53,153 bases of DNA, filler included, from Squatina squatina (GCA_031763465.1; 3 parts of 3 records of this genome joined end to end with filler, not necessarily neighbours in it); one strand, 5' to 3'; positions 13,201 to 25,195 are shown, counted from the whole stretch's first letter. Notes: a model not told the origin generated them from the sequence alone. Translations and numbers: made by a program.

Positions 13201-13379
13201 GTAAGTCTTTTAAAATGTGTATCTTGAATTCTTTTCCCACAGCATTGGCTATTTACCGTCATTTCCTTGCTCTGTGTGTATGTGGGCTGTTGTGAAATGG
13301 CTGGGCTCCCTCCGGTAGTACAAACACTGTTTTTCCCAGAGATCTGATTGAGAAAACTGTGTGTGGTGTGTGTGTGTAT

Positions 13380-14262
13380 NNNNNNNNNNNNNNNNNNNNN
13401 NNNNNNNNNNNNNNNNNNNNNNNNNNNNNNNNNNNNNNNNNNNNNNNNNNNNNNNNNNNNNNNNNNNNNNNNNNNNNNNNNNNNNNNNNNNNNNNNNNNN
13501 NNNNNNNNNNNNNNNNNNNNNNNNNNNNNNNNNNNNNNNNNNNNNNNNNNNNNNNNNNNNNNNNNNNNNNNNNNNNNNNNNNNNNNNNNNNNNNNNNNNN
13601 NNNNNNNNNNNNNNNNNNNNNNNNNNNNNNNNNNNNNNNNNNNNNNNNNNNNNNNNNNNNNNNNNNNNNNNNNNNNNNNNNNNNNNNNNNNNNNNNNNNN
13701 NNNNNNNNNNNNNNNNNNNNNNNNNNNNNNNNNNNNNNNNNNNNNNNNNNNNNNNNNNNNNNNNNNNNNNNNNNNNNNNNNNNNNNNNNNNNNNNNNNNN
13801 NNNNNNNNNNNNNNNNNNNNNNNNNNNNNNNNNNNNNNNNNNNNNNNNNNNNNNNNNNNNNNNNNNNNNNNNNNNNNNNNNNNNNNNNNNNNNNNNNNNN
13901 NNNNNNNNNNNNNNNNNNNNNNNNNNNNNNNNNNNNNNNNNNNNNNNNNNNNNNNNNNNNNNNNNNNNNNNNNNNNNNNNNNNNNNNNNNNNNNNNNNNN
14001 NNNNNNNNNNNNNNNNNNNNNNNNNNNNNNNNNNNNNNNNNNNNNNNNNNNNNNNNNNNNNNNNNNNNNNNNNNNNNNNNNNNNNNNNNNNNNNNNNNNN
14101 NNNNNNNNNNNNNNNNNNNNNNNNNNNNNNNNNNNNNNNNNNNNNNNNNNNNNNNNNNNNNNNNNNNNNNNNNNNNNNNNNNNNNNNNNNNNNNNNNNNN
14201 NNNNNNNNNNNNNNNNNNNNNNNNNNNNNNNNNNNNNNNNNNNNNNNNNNNNNNNNNNNNNN
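13380..14262. other. Sized assembly gap (883 N)
   Basis: N run next to a (TG)n microsatellite. Confidence 0.99.
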
Positions 14263-16518
14263 CATCAGTGCTGACAATAGGTTGTGTTTTTTAAAAAAAT
14301 ATATATTAAATTCTCTGCGTGTTAACACGTTCACTGCACTGGATAATGATAGTCTCAGAAATTATTTCCATGTGTAGAAGTTCTTGGATAAGCTGCCGGG
14401 TGCACTGCACGTAGATACATGTTGGTGTCGGGTTTCACTGCACTACCCCTGGACCTGATCAATCATGTAATTAGATCAGGTTGCCCTGGTAACAGACGTT
14501 ATTTATCTGCCCATTGAGGTGCGTATGTTTATCTTGTGAAAGAACTGGTGTCCTTCAGCGAATTTCATACTGCAAGTGCTGGCACTGGTCAAATATTTTT
14601 AACCATTTATTTTCACTGGTTGGAATCTAATTTTTGTTTTCGTGGAAAATAAATGTATTTCCTCTAACTATTTCAAGCTATATGCGGCTTTGTAACGTGA
14701 CATAGCTAGTTCCCAGCATCGATGCTTTACCTTTATTATGATTGGTTATACATTTTTATATACACAATGCTAGCTCATGGTTAAACTGGGGCGTGTGATG
14801 TTGAGCTGCTAACGTGCCTGACCCTTCAAGACCCACTGCTCAAGGACCCTCTGTGTGGTAAATCTGGGTATTTGTAGCTGCTTAGAAACTGTTGAGGTCA
14901 ATCAAAGGGCAATTGTAACTAAGTTTCTGGCTCTGGGTCGGCGACTGGCTTTCGTTCTCTTTTAAAACATAGTATTTTGCATCCAGAACCATAGTGTGAT
15001 GTAGTGTCTGGAATGTGATGAATGTACGCTGGATGCACGATTTTTATATTATATATTATATATGGTGGAATAAGGCATCTACATACTTACATGATGTGTC
15101 TACTTGCATATGGGGTTCTAGTATCTATTAAGTGACGGAGACACATATAAGGGGATGCAGTATCCATTTTTTAATTGTCTGTTTTCTTAACAGTTTTGAT
15201 ATTTATATAGTATGTTTTTATACAGGATAGTATCCATGTTAAGTCTGCGGAGGTATTTAAATGAATCTGGAAGCTACACTTGACTGTTCTGAGTACATTT
15301 TGGCTGTGTGGAGCCTTGCCCACCAGCAGTGCATTTGAAAAGTGCCTGTGATTTGACATCCATTGAAATCAATACATCTTTTGACATGAGTTGGAAGTAG
15401 GCGTGGTTTGTTTCTGTTGGCACATACTTGAAAGATTAACTCCTAAGTGTATGTGGGGGAATTATAAAGGATCAAGTACCTGTATTAAGGGGTATGGGGC
15501 CCGATATTCCTCTTCTATGAGCCTAGGGAATACTCAGGCCCAAAAAAGAGGAAAAGGGAACAGACATTGGCTGTTTGTCCCTTTTACGTTGCCCTGGGAT
15601 TCCTTGGGTACGTGTGTGAGGGGGCAACAATGCTAATGAAGTGGGAATGCCTTCAGTGAGTTTTTGGTATGCTGGTCAGGTGTCCACATGCAGAGGATCC
15701 AGAAGAAGTTGGTAGGCCTTGTGCTTGGGTGCTTTCCCCATNNNNNNNNNNACAGCTGGAGGAGGTTGGAATGGGGCCTGGGTGCCACCTGTTGCAGCCC
15801 ACCAAAAGATAAGAACCTACTTTGCAGATCAGGAAGAAAATCTTCAGGGCTGAAGGTCTCTTGGCTGTTTTTGTTTAAGAACAGCAGCCTGAAGGCCCCA
15901 AAGCTGGTGGCCATTCCCATTGACTGGATTTTCACTTCCCATTCTGGGGGCAGGCCCTATCTAAGGGGTGGGTCTGCACCTGGAGAACATCGGGCCTACA
16001 CAGGTGACCTGAATCCAGAAATCCAGACAGGTTCTAGTCATGTCAGGCGGAACGCACCTTGGGTGAACTCCATCTGACTTGTACTCAGGCAGAGTTGTAG
16101 GAGGAAATTTAGGCCTTCAATTTTTTTCTGGATGTTAATTTGAACAAAAACAGTTTGTGTGGTTAAAGTGCTGAGACAGACTGGTAGAAAACGGCATTAG
16201 ACTTATTACCACTACTCTTGCACTGAGTCTTGCTGAGGGCCTCAAATTGGCATTAGTAACTTTGCGAAAATAAAACAAAAAGCATTGGTTGAAAAGGACT
16301 ATGAAAACCTTATTAAAGGCTTATCCCAAGAAAAAGGGAAGTAAATGTAGTGAGTGTTGAGCTTCCATTCAGAACAGGGATTTGCAATATGAAGGAAATT
16401 CTATGTTTTAATAAAAAANNNNNNNNNNNNNNNNNNNNNNNNNNNNNNNNNNNNNNNNNNNNNNNNNNNNNNNNNNNNNNNNNNNNNNNNNNNNNNNNNN
16501 NNNNNNNNNNNNNNNNNN

Positions 16519-16710
16519 CCATGATCTCATTGAATGGCGGAGCAGGCTCGAAGGGCCAAATGGCCTACTCCTGCTCCTATCTTCTATGTTTCTATTAATG
16601 CAGCACCCCATCTGTATTGCACTTGGATGTCAGGTTAGATTTTGTGCTGAAGTCGCTGGAGTGAAACCCACAACTTTCTGACTCAAAGTGCTACCACTGA
16701 ACCACAGCAT
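16519..16710. mobile_element. CR1 3' end (+) adjoining a Deu-SINE 5' fragment (-)
   Basis: gaatggcggagcaggctcgaagggccaaatggcctactcctgctcctat tail, then the reverse complement of the SINE head seen at 29240 and 44436. Confidence 0.7.
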
Positions 16711-18084
16711 TAATTGATGCTCAAAGTTTCAATTTGCCAGTTGATTTTTTTTTCCATTGGCAAATTTTCTTGGCAGTAAAAAAAAAAGTAGATTTTTGAT
16801 TCTGTTGCTATGAACACCGAAACTTTAAATTGCATGTAATTTGTAGGATTAATAGAGAGAATGACATCAGCTCAGTGATTCTTTTTTTTAATCGCACTGC
16901 AGGTGTCTGTGGAGCAGTGATGGTAATGCTAGAAATTAAATTACAGTGGGCTGTTGGAGGAATGATGTTTCACACAGTGAAGAGTATAAAATTAGCTAAG
17001 TTTTCCATAGAAACATGAAAATGACTCTCCCAGTACAGTTGAAGCCCCACTGTTCCTTAGCTTTTATTTATTGAAGAGGGAGTATAGACATGAATAAAAT
17101 TGTATGCCAAATAAAATAAATTCCATGTGTTTTAATTTATTTAGCATTTAAAGTGTGTGTGGGCAGTGTTTATAAGGAGAATTAAACTTTTCTGCATGCA
17201 TTGTGAGGCATTCCTGTTCAAATGACATTTCATTAGAGTGACAGTGATGTGCATTTCTGGAGAGGATTACCATTCTTTTCAGCTACTGTCCTTGCTGTCA
17301 TTCTTTCACCTCTATTTTACAATTCAATCCCGAGTGAAAGGATGGAAGCCTGGCTCCATGAGTCCATCAATTGGGTTTGGCAGTCTCAGCATAGTTCCTA
17401 GTGGGTGCAGGTTTACAGTCCAAAACCACTCATGATTCACTATTTAAATTGGCACTCTCTGAGCGAGTAGCCTTAAGGATGTTTGGTGTAGGAAATGGCA
17501 ACATGCCACCTTCCTGCAGTAGCAACACTCCAAATACATAGAAATCACAACACTGAAACAGATCATTCATCCCAACCAGTTCATATCGGCATTTACTCTC
17601 CATGCGAACAAATAATTCTAATCACATTTACCCATCCTGTTCCTATACTTCTTCAGCCCTTTTTCCTTCATCCAGCTGTCCAATCAAATCTGGATGAACA
17701 CAGTTTCTGCCTCGCCACTTTGGAAGTGAATTCCACAGCCTCACATCTCTCTGTTTCTCTTGCCCTCTGTTCTAAGTCTCTCGCGTTTAATCTTGGAACT
17801 ATGGCCCCACAACAACTCGATACTGCTTCCAGCCACCCTGTCCCATCCTTTCATAATTTTATACACTTCCTTTACATTGCCACCTTAATCTGATTGTTCT
17901 AATGATACAAGGTCCACTTTTTCAAGGCTGTCTTGGTGTTTGTATAATAAAGCTGGCGTAAATAAATATCAAAACCAAGTATATTGCTCTGGAGCTTTGG
18001 GATTTGGTATGTGTGAGCTGTTACACCACACTCGACTATTTCAATGCTCTACTGGCCGGCTTCTCGCCTCGCCCTCTCAGTAAG

Positions 18085-18422
18085 GAATTGGATTTGGATT
18101 TGGATGAGGGGACCAAATGTAATATTTCCAAGTTTGACACAAAACTAGGTGGGGTTGTGAGGAGGATGCAAAGAGGCTTCAAGGGGATATAGTCAGGCTA
18201 AGTGAGTGGGCAAGAATGTGGTAGATGGAATATAATGTGGAAAAATTTCTGAACTGCTTTGGTCGGAAAAACAGAAAGGCAGAATATTATTTCAGTGGTG
18301 AGAGATTGGGTAATGTTGATGTTCAAAGGGACCTGAGTGTCCTTGTACATGAGTCACCAAAAGCAAACATGCAGGTGCAGCAAGCAATTAGGAAGGCAAG
18401 TGGTACGTTGGCCTTTATTACA
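18085..18422 (+). mobile_element. CR1 LINE RT fragment with deletions
   Basis: DLDEGTKCNISKFDTKLGG...MEYNVEK...QRDLSVLVHES...QVQQAIRKASGTLAFI. Confidence 0.88.
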
Positions 18423-18948
18423 NNNNNNNNNNNNNNNNNNNNNNNNNNNNNNNNNNNNNNNNNNNNNNNNNNNNNNNNNNNNNNNNNNNNNNNNNNNNNN
18501 NNNNNNNNNNNNNNNNNNNNNNAAGTTACAATGTTATGCATACTGCATGAAGGGTCTTGTTAAAGAAAGCATCGAGAATGTCTTGAATCTCAACACAAAT
18601 AGGAGGTGAGAGGAAGTGAGCTGAATGTAGGTGCAAACAGATGGCTCACAGAATGCACTGCTGTGAAGCACAAACTGATTGACAGTGTGAAAAGGTGATA
18701 ACAGCAACAGTGGTGTGTACAAGGTGTTAAAGGGGTGCCCGTTAGTACAGATTATGTGTTAAAAGATTATACATGTTGTGCTGGAGGATGAGGTTGATGA
18801 AAGTTGTAGATGTCTACAACTTATATTTAAATGTGATCTTTTTTATGCCAGATGTGATGCCATTTTTACTGTTTGAATTTGGTTCTGAGCAAGGTCTTTC
18901 CATTTTGCACACCCAGGGTGAAATGTTCTCAAAACCCATCCATGCCAC

Positions 18949-19035
18949 CTGCAGGGCCTCGCACACTTGTTGTAAAATCGCAGATGTGCTGTCCACAGTC
19001 TTGGATTCCACGAGACCGACTCGCCTGCGATATTC
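18949..19035 (-). CDS. Candidate 87-nt phase 0/0 exon, unidentified (EYRRRVGLVESKTVDSTSAILQQVCEALQ)
   Basis: tag|GAA acceptor and CAG|gtggca donor; length divisible by 3; CpG-containing codons. The polypyrimidine tract is weak and no homolog was recognised. Confidence 0.25.
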
Positions 19036-19319
19036 CTACAAGCTGTCTCCTGTGTGTGAGGCACTGTGAGATGGGTCTTGGGAAATTTCACCCCCAGTAT
19101 CAGCATCAAACAAGTTCTGTGGCACAGGATTTGTTAGCTGTATCATGAAGATTCCTGTACTTTGTGCAACAATGACCCCTCCCCCAGTCCCAACTTCAGA
19201 AGAGCATCCCCTACTGNNNNNNNNNNNNNNNNNNNNNNNNNNNNNNNNNNNNNNNNNNNNNNNNNNNNNNNNNNNNNNNNNNNNNNNNNNNNNNNNNNNN
19301 NNNNNNNNNNNNNNNNAGC

Positions 19320-19512
19320 GAAATACTGCGGATGCTGGAATCTAGAATACAAACAAAAAGTGCTGGAAAAACTCAGCAGGTCAGGCAGCATCTATGGAGA
19401 GAAAAACAGAGTCAATGTTTTGGGTCGATGACCCTTCGTCAGAACTCTTGACCTGCTGAGTTTTTCCAGCATTTTTTGTCTGTATTCTAGATTCCAGCAC
19501 CCGCAGTATTTC
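19320..19512. mobile_element. Palindromic Penelope/MER6-like repeat
   Basis: Near-perfect ~64-bp inverted arms at 19320-19383 and 19449-19512 (gaaatactgcggatgctggaatctagaatac... / ...gtattctagattccagcacccgcagtatttc). Confidence 0.8.
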
Positions 19513-20659
19513 ACTTCTGGAAAATATGATAGATTTGTTTATATTTTGATCCAGTTGGTTAAATCAATAAGTAGCAGAGTTTTAATCCTCTGCTACATTT
19601 CACCCAGGGTAATTCACCTTTCTGTGAGTAGCTTTCATATCTTCCAGTACATAACAATTGTTAGCATGTGATTAACAGACTGTTAGTTTCCCATCAGCAT
19701 TCTTCTGATTTGTAACGCACTCATCCCTCTCACATCCCCTTCTTCTATATACAATCTGTCCTTGCCTTAATTCCATTTAGCACATTAAAATGATTGATTT
19801 AAATTTGTCAATCTTAACACTTCAAAGTAGTCCTGTAGCTTATTATTGAGAAGCTGGGTTTGCATCCTAGTTTTTACACAAAACCACTAGTTCAAAATAT
19901 GTTTCTTCATTACACTTCCTGGAATTACAATACCAAGCTTCCGTTCTGCTGTTCAAGTTCAGCCTGTCAAAACATGACATATTAGTGCTCATATTGGGTC
20001 TCCACCACTGAAAGGATGAGCTGTTAATGAGGAGCAGCTTAATATTTTTGCATTGAATGGGAGTCAAGGTATTGCAGCTGATTCCATATTCTTTTTTTTT
20101 AAAAAAATGTTTTTTTTCTTCTTTGTACGATTAAATGCAAGTAAGCTGATGATCTTTCATATGGTAAGCTGAGAGTAAAATCACTTAAGCGTGGAAAATG
20201 GTCCTCGCAGCAACCTGTTTTTCGGGCGTTATTCGGACTACTAACATCCCAATATGCGGGTAGGAAGTGTGCGAAAATTTCCGGATAGAGGAGCGCTGCT
20301 CACCATATTAGGTAAGGACAAAATATATGGACCTTTACTCATACCTGAAACAAACATAGGCTAATGAGGGCTTAACGCCTGTTTAAGGCCCCCAGTGCAA
20401 GACTAGTTTGCCTTGAGGCAGTTGGTGGCAGTGCCGGCTGCACTCGGGCAAATCAGGCCTAGGGATTGCCTGCTAGGCCCAACCAAGGATATAAGGGCGG
20501 CCAATTTGTGTTTTGGGCATTTCTAGCGCTCAGCGACAAATCTCGTGCTGGAAATGGGACTCTGAAAATTTTCCTTCAACCCTCCAATTAGCCACTTTAG
20601 ATTTGGAGCATTCAAACACATGCAAACATTAATGTTAAGGGGCCCATAGTGAACTGACC

Positions 20660-20759
20660 NNNNNNNNNNNNNNNNNNNNNNNNNNNNNNNNNNNNNNNNN
20701 NNNTTAATTAATTAANNNNNNNNNNNNNNNNNNNNNNNNNNNNNNNNNNNNNNNNNNNN
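20660..20759. other. Artificial scaffold-joining spacer (N44-TTAATTAATTAA-N44)
   Basis: Palindromic 12-mer with stops in all six frames, centred in exactly 100 nt; identical structure at 37033. Confidence 0.97.
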
Positions 20760-21009
20760 GGTGCGAAGGGGTACAGGGCCCAGCCAAACCTGCCACACAC
20801 AGCAGGACTCAGCGTTTTAATTGCCGGGTTTTGTGGAGTTTATTCTCATACCCCCAGTCTGTAGGGCAATCGGACTTTTGATTATTATATGCTGCACAGT
20901 CGCCTGCCATTTTAGAGTTGGATTACTAATATTAGAAGAATTATGATAATTGCTTGCCATCGCAACTGAAGAAAACGCTGATTCAATTCAAAAAACACGC
21001 CGGTGACCT

Positions 21010-21260
21010 GAAAGCGGAGCGCGGCCATGGCATTGGCTGATTCACGGGATTGGAAACCGGGCTGCCTCCCACACCAGGCGAATGGTCGCGAAGGCCGGTT
21101 TCACACCCCGGGGCGGGGAGGACAGGGTATAAATCCACTGCGAACCCCAGGTCAGCAGCGCAAGTGAGCACGGCCCTTGTTGACGAGTGGGAAAGAGCGC
21201 TGACCAATGCGTCAAATAAAACACGCAGATAAACCTCGAAAACGGGGCCCACATCTGAAA
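21010..21260 (+). promoter_or_regulatory. CpG-rich promoter-like element
   Basis: ATTGG at 21032 and 21049, GC box GGGGCGGGG at 21110-21118, TATAAAT at 21128-21134, CCAAT at 21204. Confidence 0.4.
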
Positions 21261-21724
21261 AGTCGCAAAGTCCAGTAATCATTTCAAGGTGTCAGCATGC
21301 TGGCAGTAATGAGACTCACCATATCCTGCCCCAGTGGTGGCAAGTTATATATCTCGATTAGGTCAGACTGGGCTTGTTGAACCGCCTGCATACTGGAGTT
21401 AATGGTTCCCATTAATGCTTGCTGTGCCGAGGTCTGTTAGGCGGAGCAAATTAGCATAGCACGTTAGAATAAAGTAACACATCTCGTCCCAAAAAAAAAA
21501 TATCAACTTAAATCAGTGCTTGAATCTATGGGTTAAATTACTTTAAAAAAAAAAATCCAAACTGTCTTTAATAAAAAATAAAAGTGATTGAATCCAAAAA
21601 GCAAAATAAAGAAATTGGTGCAATAAATATTTTTAATCCATGACTCAGTGACAAACTGCACAGTAAATCCTTGTGGGTTGTTAATTTGGACAATGTCGCC
21701 TGGAGGTGTAACTCAAGCTCCTAC

Positions 21725-21867
21725 CAGTGGGGGCATGTGGCCCCGGTGCATCTGCCCGCTCAGGATCTGCTGCTGTGGAGCTGGCATGGTGCCCGTGTTA
21801 AAGCTCTCCGGGCCACCCGCTCCCGGCCTCATCACCGCGGGCAGCGCCACAGAGGCGTGCTCGATCT
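21725..21867 (-). CDS. Talin exon (head-rod linker), 5' part lost in gap; TLN1 vs TLN2 unresolved
   Basis: IEHASVALPAVMRPGAGGPESFNTGTMPAPQQQILSGQMHRGHMPPL matches recalled talin VEHGSVALPAIMRSGASGPENFQVGSMPPAQQQITSGQMHRGHMPPL; donor gtagga after the Leu codon. Confidence 0.9.
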
Positions 21868-22309
21868 NNNNNNNNNNNNNNNNNNNNNNNNNNNNNNNNN
21901 NNNNNNNNNNNNNNNNNNNNNNNNNNNNNNNNNNNNNNNNNNNNNNNNNNNNNNNNNNNNNNNNNNNGGAACTCATTGAGGTGGGGGAGTAAGGGGATGA
22001 AGCTCAAGCCTCTGCTGAGGACTGATTGTTCAGAATCAGAGAGGGGAAGGTCAGGATAGTGAAAACACGGCAGGGGCTGAGATTGGAAGAAGGGATAGGA
22101 TCAGTGGAAAGTGAAGGGGAAGAAGGTCCCAGAGGAGTGATGGTGTCCAAGATTTGCTGAAGTCTTTGCTATGCCCAGTACCCTCAACGTTACAGTTGAT
22201 CAGAAATTCTGTAGAGCCGAGGCCTGATTTTTGGAGCCAGTTGTTTGTTCGGTAATTTATGAGGACTTTCCTATGCTCATCCAGCGACATTGGCAATTCT
22301 AGTAGAAGA

Positions 22310-22515
22310 AAGACTTTGCATTTCTACAGCGCCTTTCACGATCTCAGGACATCCCAAAGCGCTTTACAGGCAATGAAGTACTTTTGAAGTGTAGGCACTG
22401 TTGTAAAGCAGGGAAGCGGGGCAGCCGATTTCTGCACAGCAAGGTCCCAGAAACAGCAATGCGATAATGACCAGATCATTGTTCTTCAGTGATGTTGCTT
22501 TAGGGATAAATACTG
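22310..22515 (-). mobile_element. Deu-domain SINE (SacSINE1/AmnSINE1-like) 3' fragment
   Basis: Reverse complement of cttcaaaagtacttcattg...aaagcgctttgggatgtcctgag...gaaaggcgct...aaatgcaaag. Confidence 0.8.
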
Positions 22516-22689
22516 GCTCAAATTGGTTTTTGGAAATGTGCAAGCAGCTNNNNNNNNNNNNNNNNNNNNNNNNNNNNNNNNNNNNNNNNNNNNNNNNNNN
22601 NNNNNNNNNNNNNNNNNNNNNNNNNNNNNNNNNNNNNNNNNNNNNNNNNTATGTCAAATAGTGACTAACATAAAGTCCACTGATTGAAT

Positions 22690-22880
22690 AAGTTCTTCTG
22701 GTGTCCTGGCCAACATTTATCCTTCAATCAACACCATCAAAAACAGATGAACTGGTCATTTATCTCATTTCGGTACAAATTGACTGCCATGTTTACCTAC
22801 ACACAACAGTGAGTGCACTTACAAAATTAATTCATTGGCTACAAAATGCTTTGGGATGTCCTGAGGAAATGAAATATGCC
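22690..22880 (+). mobile_element. Deu-SINE fragment
   Basis: ggtgtcctggccaacatttatccttcaatcaacacc...acaacagtgagtgcactt...ctttgggatgtcctgagg. Confidence 0.7.
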
Positions 22881-22929
22881 ACCATAGAGGCCCAATACTC
22901 TGTGACCAGCAGCTCACCTCTTGTCCCCT

Positions 22930-23175
22930 CAAAGCCTTTCCACTATTTATAAGGCTCAAGTTAGGAGTGTAATGAAATACTCACCAGTTGCCTGGATGGG
23001 TGCAGCCACAACAACACTGTAGAAACTCAACATGATCCAGGACAGCACAGTTTGCTTGATCAGTGCCCCTGCCACTGGACCTAATATCCACCCCTCCACC
23101 ACTGGTCCATTATGATTTGAATGAGTAGGAATGAACTGAAGCATCTTGTCCTGGTTACTTCGACAGCACCTCCTT
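22930..23175 (+). mobile_element. Non-LTR retrotransposon fragment (post-RT region; clade not determined)
   Basis: YKAQVRSVMKYSPVAWMGAATTTL*KLNMIQD. Confidence 0.7.
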
Positions 23176-23249
23176 TCTCTCTCTCTCTCTCTCTCCTTTT
23201 CTGATTTTACAGTGAAATATATAATTTATTGATTTAAGCTTTTATTTAA

Positions 23250-23865
23250 CATAACATAAGAAATAGGAGCAGGAGTAGGCCATTCGGCCCCTCGAGCCTG
23301 CTCTGCCATTCAATGAGATCATGGCTGATTTTGGTCTCAACTTCGCTTTCCTGCCTGTTCCCCATAACCCTGGACTCTACTGTTGCTCAAAAATCTGTCT
23401 CTCTCAGTCTTGGATATATATTCAATGACTCAGCTTCCGCAGCTCTCTGGGGTAAAGAATTCCAAAGATTCATGACCCTCAGAAGAAATTCCTCCTCATC
23501 TCCATCTTAAATGGGCGACTCCTTATTTTGAGACTATGCCCCCTAGTTCTAGATTCCCCCACAAGGGGAAACAGCCTCTCAGCATCTACCCTGTCCAACC
23601 TCTCAGAATCTTACATGTTTCAATAAGACCACCTCTCATTCTTCAAAACTTCAATGCATATAGGCCCAACTTGCTCAACCTTTCCTCACAAGACAACCCA
23701 TCCACCCCAGGAATCAACCTGCTGAACCTTGTCTGAACTGCCTCAAATGCAAGTATATCCCTCCTTAAAGAAGGGGAGCAAAACTGTTCACAGTACTCTA
23801 GATGTGGTCTCATCAGCGCCCTGTACAGCTGTAGCAAGACTTCACTACTTTTATACTGTATTCCC
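23250..23865 (-). mobile_element. CR1 LINE 3' end
   Basis: LQLYRALMRPHLEYCEQFCSPSLRRDILAFEAVQTRFSRLIPG; 3' UTR ends gaatggcctactcctgctcctatttcttatgtt. Confidence 0.9.
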
Positions 23866-24027
23866 AGTTTGTGTTAGAAATTTCAGTTACTGGGAAATAA
23901 TGATGCAATTTTTTTTCCAAACAGCATTTTGAGTGATTTGAATGGTTCATCAAAAAATAGGTGATGCGAGATTGTTTCAATCTTTAAATAGGGTTTACTA
24001 TTATAAATATTTATGTAGTGACTTTAA

Positions 24028-25065
24028 GGGGCCCCAATTGGAGGGTCTGGGCCGGCGTGGAACGGGCATAAAATGGGCGTTAGTGCCCTTGCGTCTGCTG
24101 GCGGCGACCCAGGTGAAAGTTGAAGAATTCGTCTGAGGCTGATGCTGGCGTTAAATGGGCACTGTTTGCCGGGCGCTGGCGTCGTGGCATACGCCTGCCA
24201 CAGGCCTCGATAACGTCATCGGCCTGCGTGCCACCGAATCTGGACTGAAGCTCCGCAATTCGCCCGCCCCACCATTGCAAAAAAAAGGCGTTGCTCGTGC
24301 CCGTTATTTCAAGTGCAGAGCTCCTCCATTTTGTCCATGATGGAGCTATTTAAAGGGGCATGTTTGGCAGCCATTTTACTTCCTCCATTGTGGACGCTGA
24401 TGCTGTGCTGCTGTAGTGGAAGTGCCAGGAGTATGAGTCAAGGGTCGGCATTACAGCAATATACATCGTGGCTTTGTGTGCACCATTCAGGTTAACTTCT
24501 CAATAATTTAAAATCATTATGGGTGCTGCATTAGCGGTGGATATGGAGCTGCATCATCATCACATGATTTACCTCAGACAGAGGCGTAGGCTTCGTATAC
24601 AGCGGAGGGAGATGAGGCACATCCAGAACGGGCTGAGGGCTGAGGAGCCAGATGGTGATGCTGATGGGCATGGGCACCGAGAAGCAGATTTGCCTCAGGC
24701 ACCAGAACCAGGTCAGCAACAGTCAAAGCAGAATGCAGCTCCTGCTGGAGATGGGACAGGCCAGGGCAATAGGAGGAGATATACTCGCGGAGTATTCCGT
24801 TAGCACTACATCTATTTCCAGATGGCAGGTGAGCAGTGTTTGCGAAGACTGCGCTTCAGGAAAGACTTCATCACCGAGCTGTGCCAACTGCTGCAGGCTG
24901 ACCTTCAACCTCAGAGCAGGGCTTCCACAGCTCTATCAGTGGCAGTTAAAGTCTCCATTGCACTCAATTTCTCTGCCAATTGTTCCTCCCAAGGTGCCAC
25001 CGGGGAGGTCTGCAATATCTCGCACTATGCTGTGCATTGCTGCATCAGACAGGTCACAAAGCCTC
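24028..25065 (+). mobile_element. PIF/Harbinger DNA transposon, 5' part, with interrupted HARBI1-like transposase ORF (24519-25065)
   Basis: Starts GGGGCCCCAATT after TAA. Reads RRRYTRGVFR*HYIYFQMAGEQCLRRLRFRKDFITELCQLLQADLQP...ALSVAVKVSIALNF...ISHYAVHCCIRQVT, with a single in-frame stop at 24801-24803. Confidence 0.85.
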
Positions 25066-25075
25066 NNNNNNNNNN

Positions 25076-25190
25076 CAAAATGACACAGATAGAAAGAGGG
25101 ATGAGGTCCTGCAAGCAGATTTTAGAGAGCTAGGAAAGAGATTGAAAAGCAGGACCTCAAAAGGTAGTAATCTCAGGATTACTCCCGGTA
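25076..25190 (+). mobile_element. CR1 ORF1 esterase (SGNH-like) fragment
   Basis: NDTDRKRDEVLQADFRELGKRLKSRTSK, then after a frameshift VVISGLLPVP. Confidence 0.7.
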
Positions 25191-25195
25191 CCAGG

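Noticed and set aside
13249-14377. Long ORFs of 300+ aa
   Set aside because: Almost entirely N; the same applies to the many ORFs reading through 100-N gaps.
20704-20715. TTAATTAATTAA palindrome (also 37077-37088) as a biological site
   Set aside because: It is centred in exactly 44+44 Ns twice, so it is a synthetic six-frame stop linker.
24519-25065. Domesticated HARBI1 host gene
   Set aside because: An in-frame stop, an adjacent terminal repeat and other decayed copies indicate a transposon.
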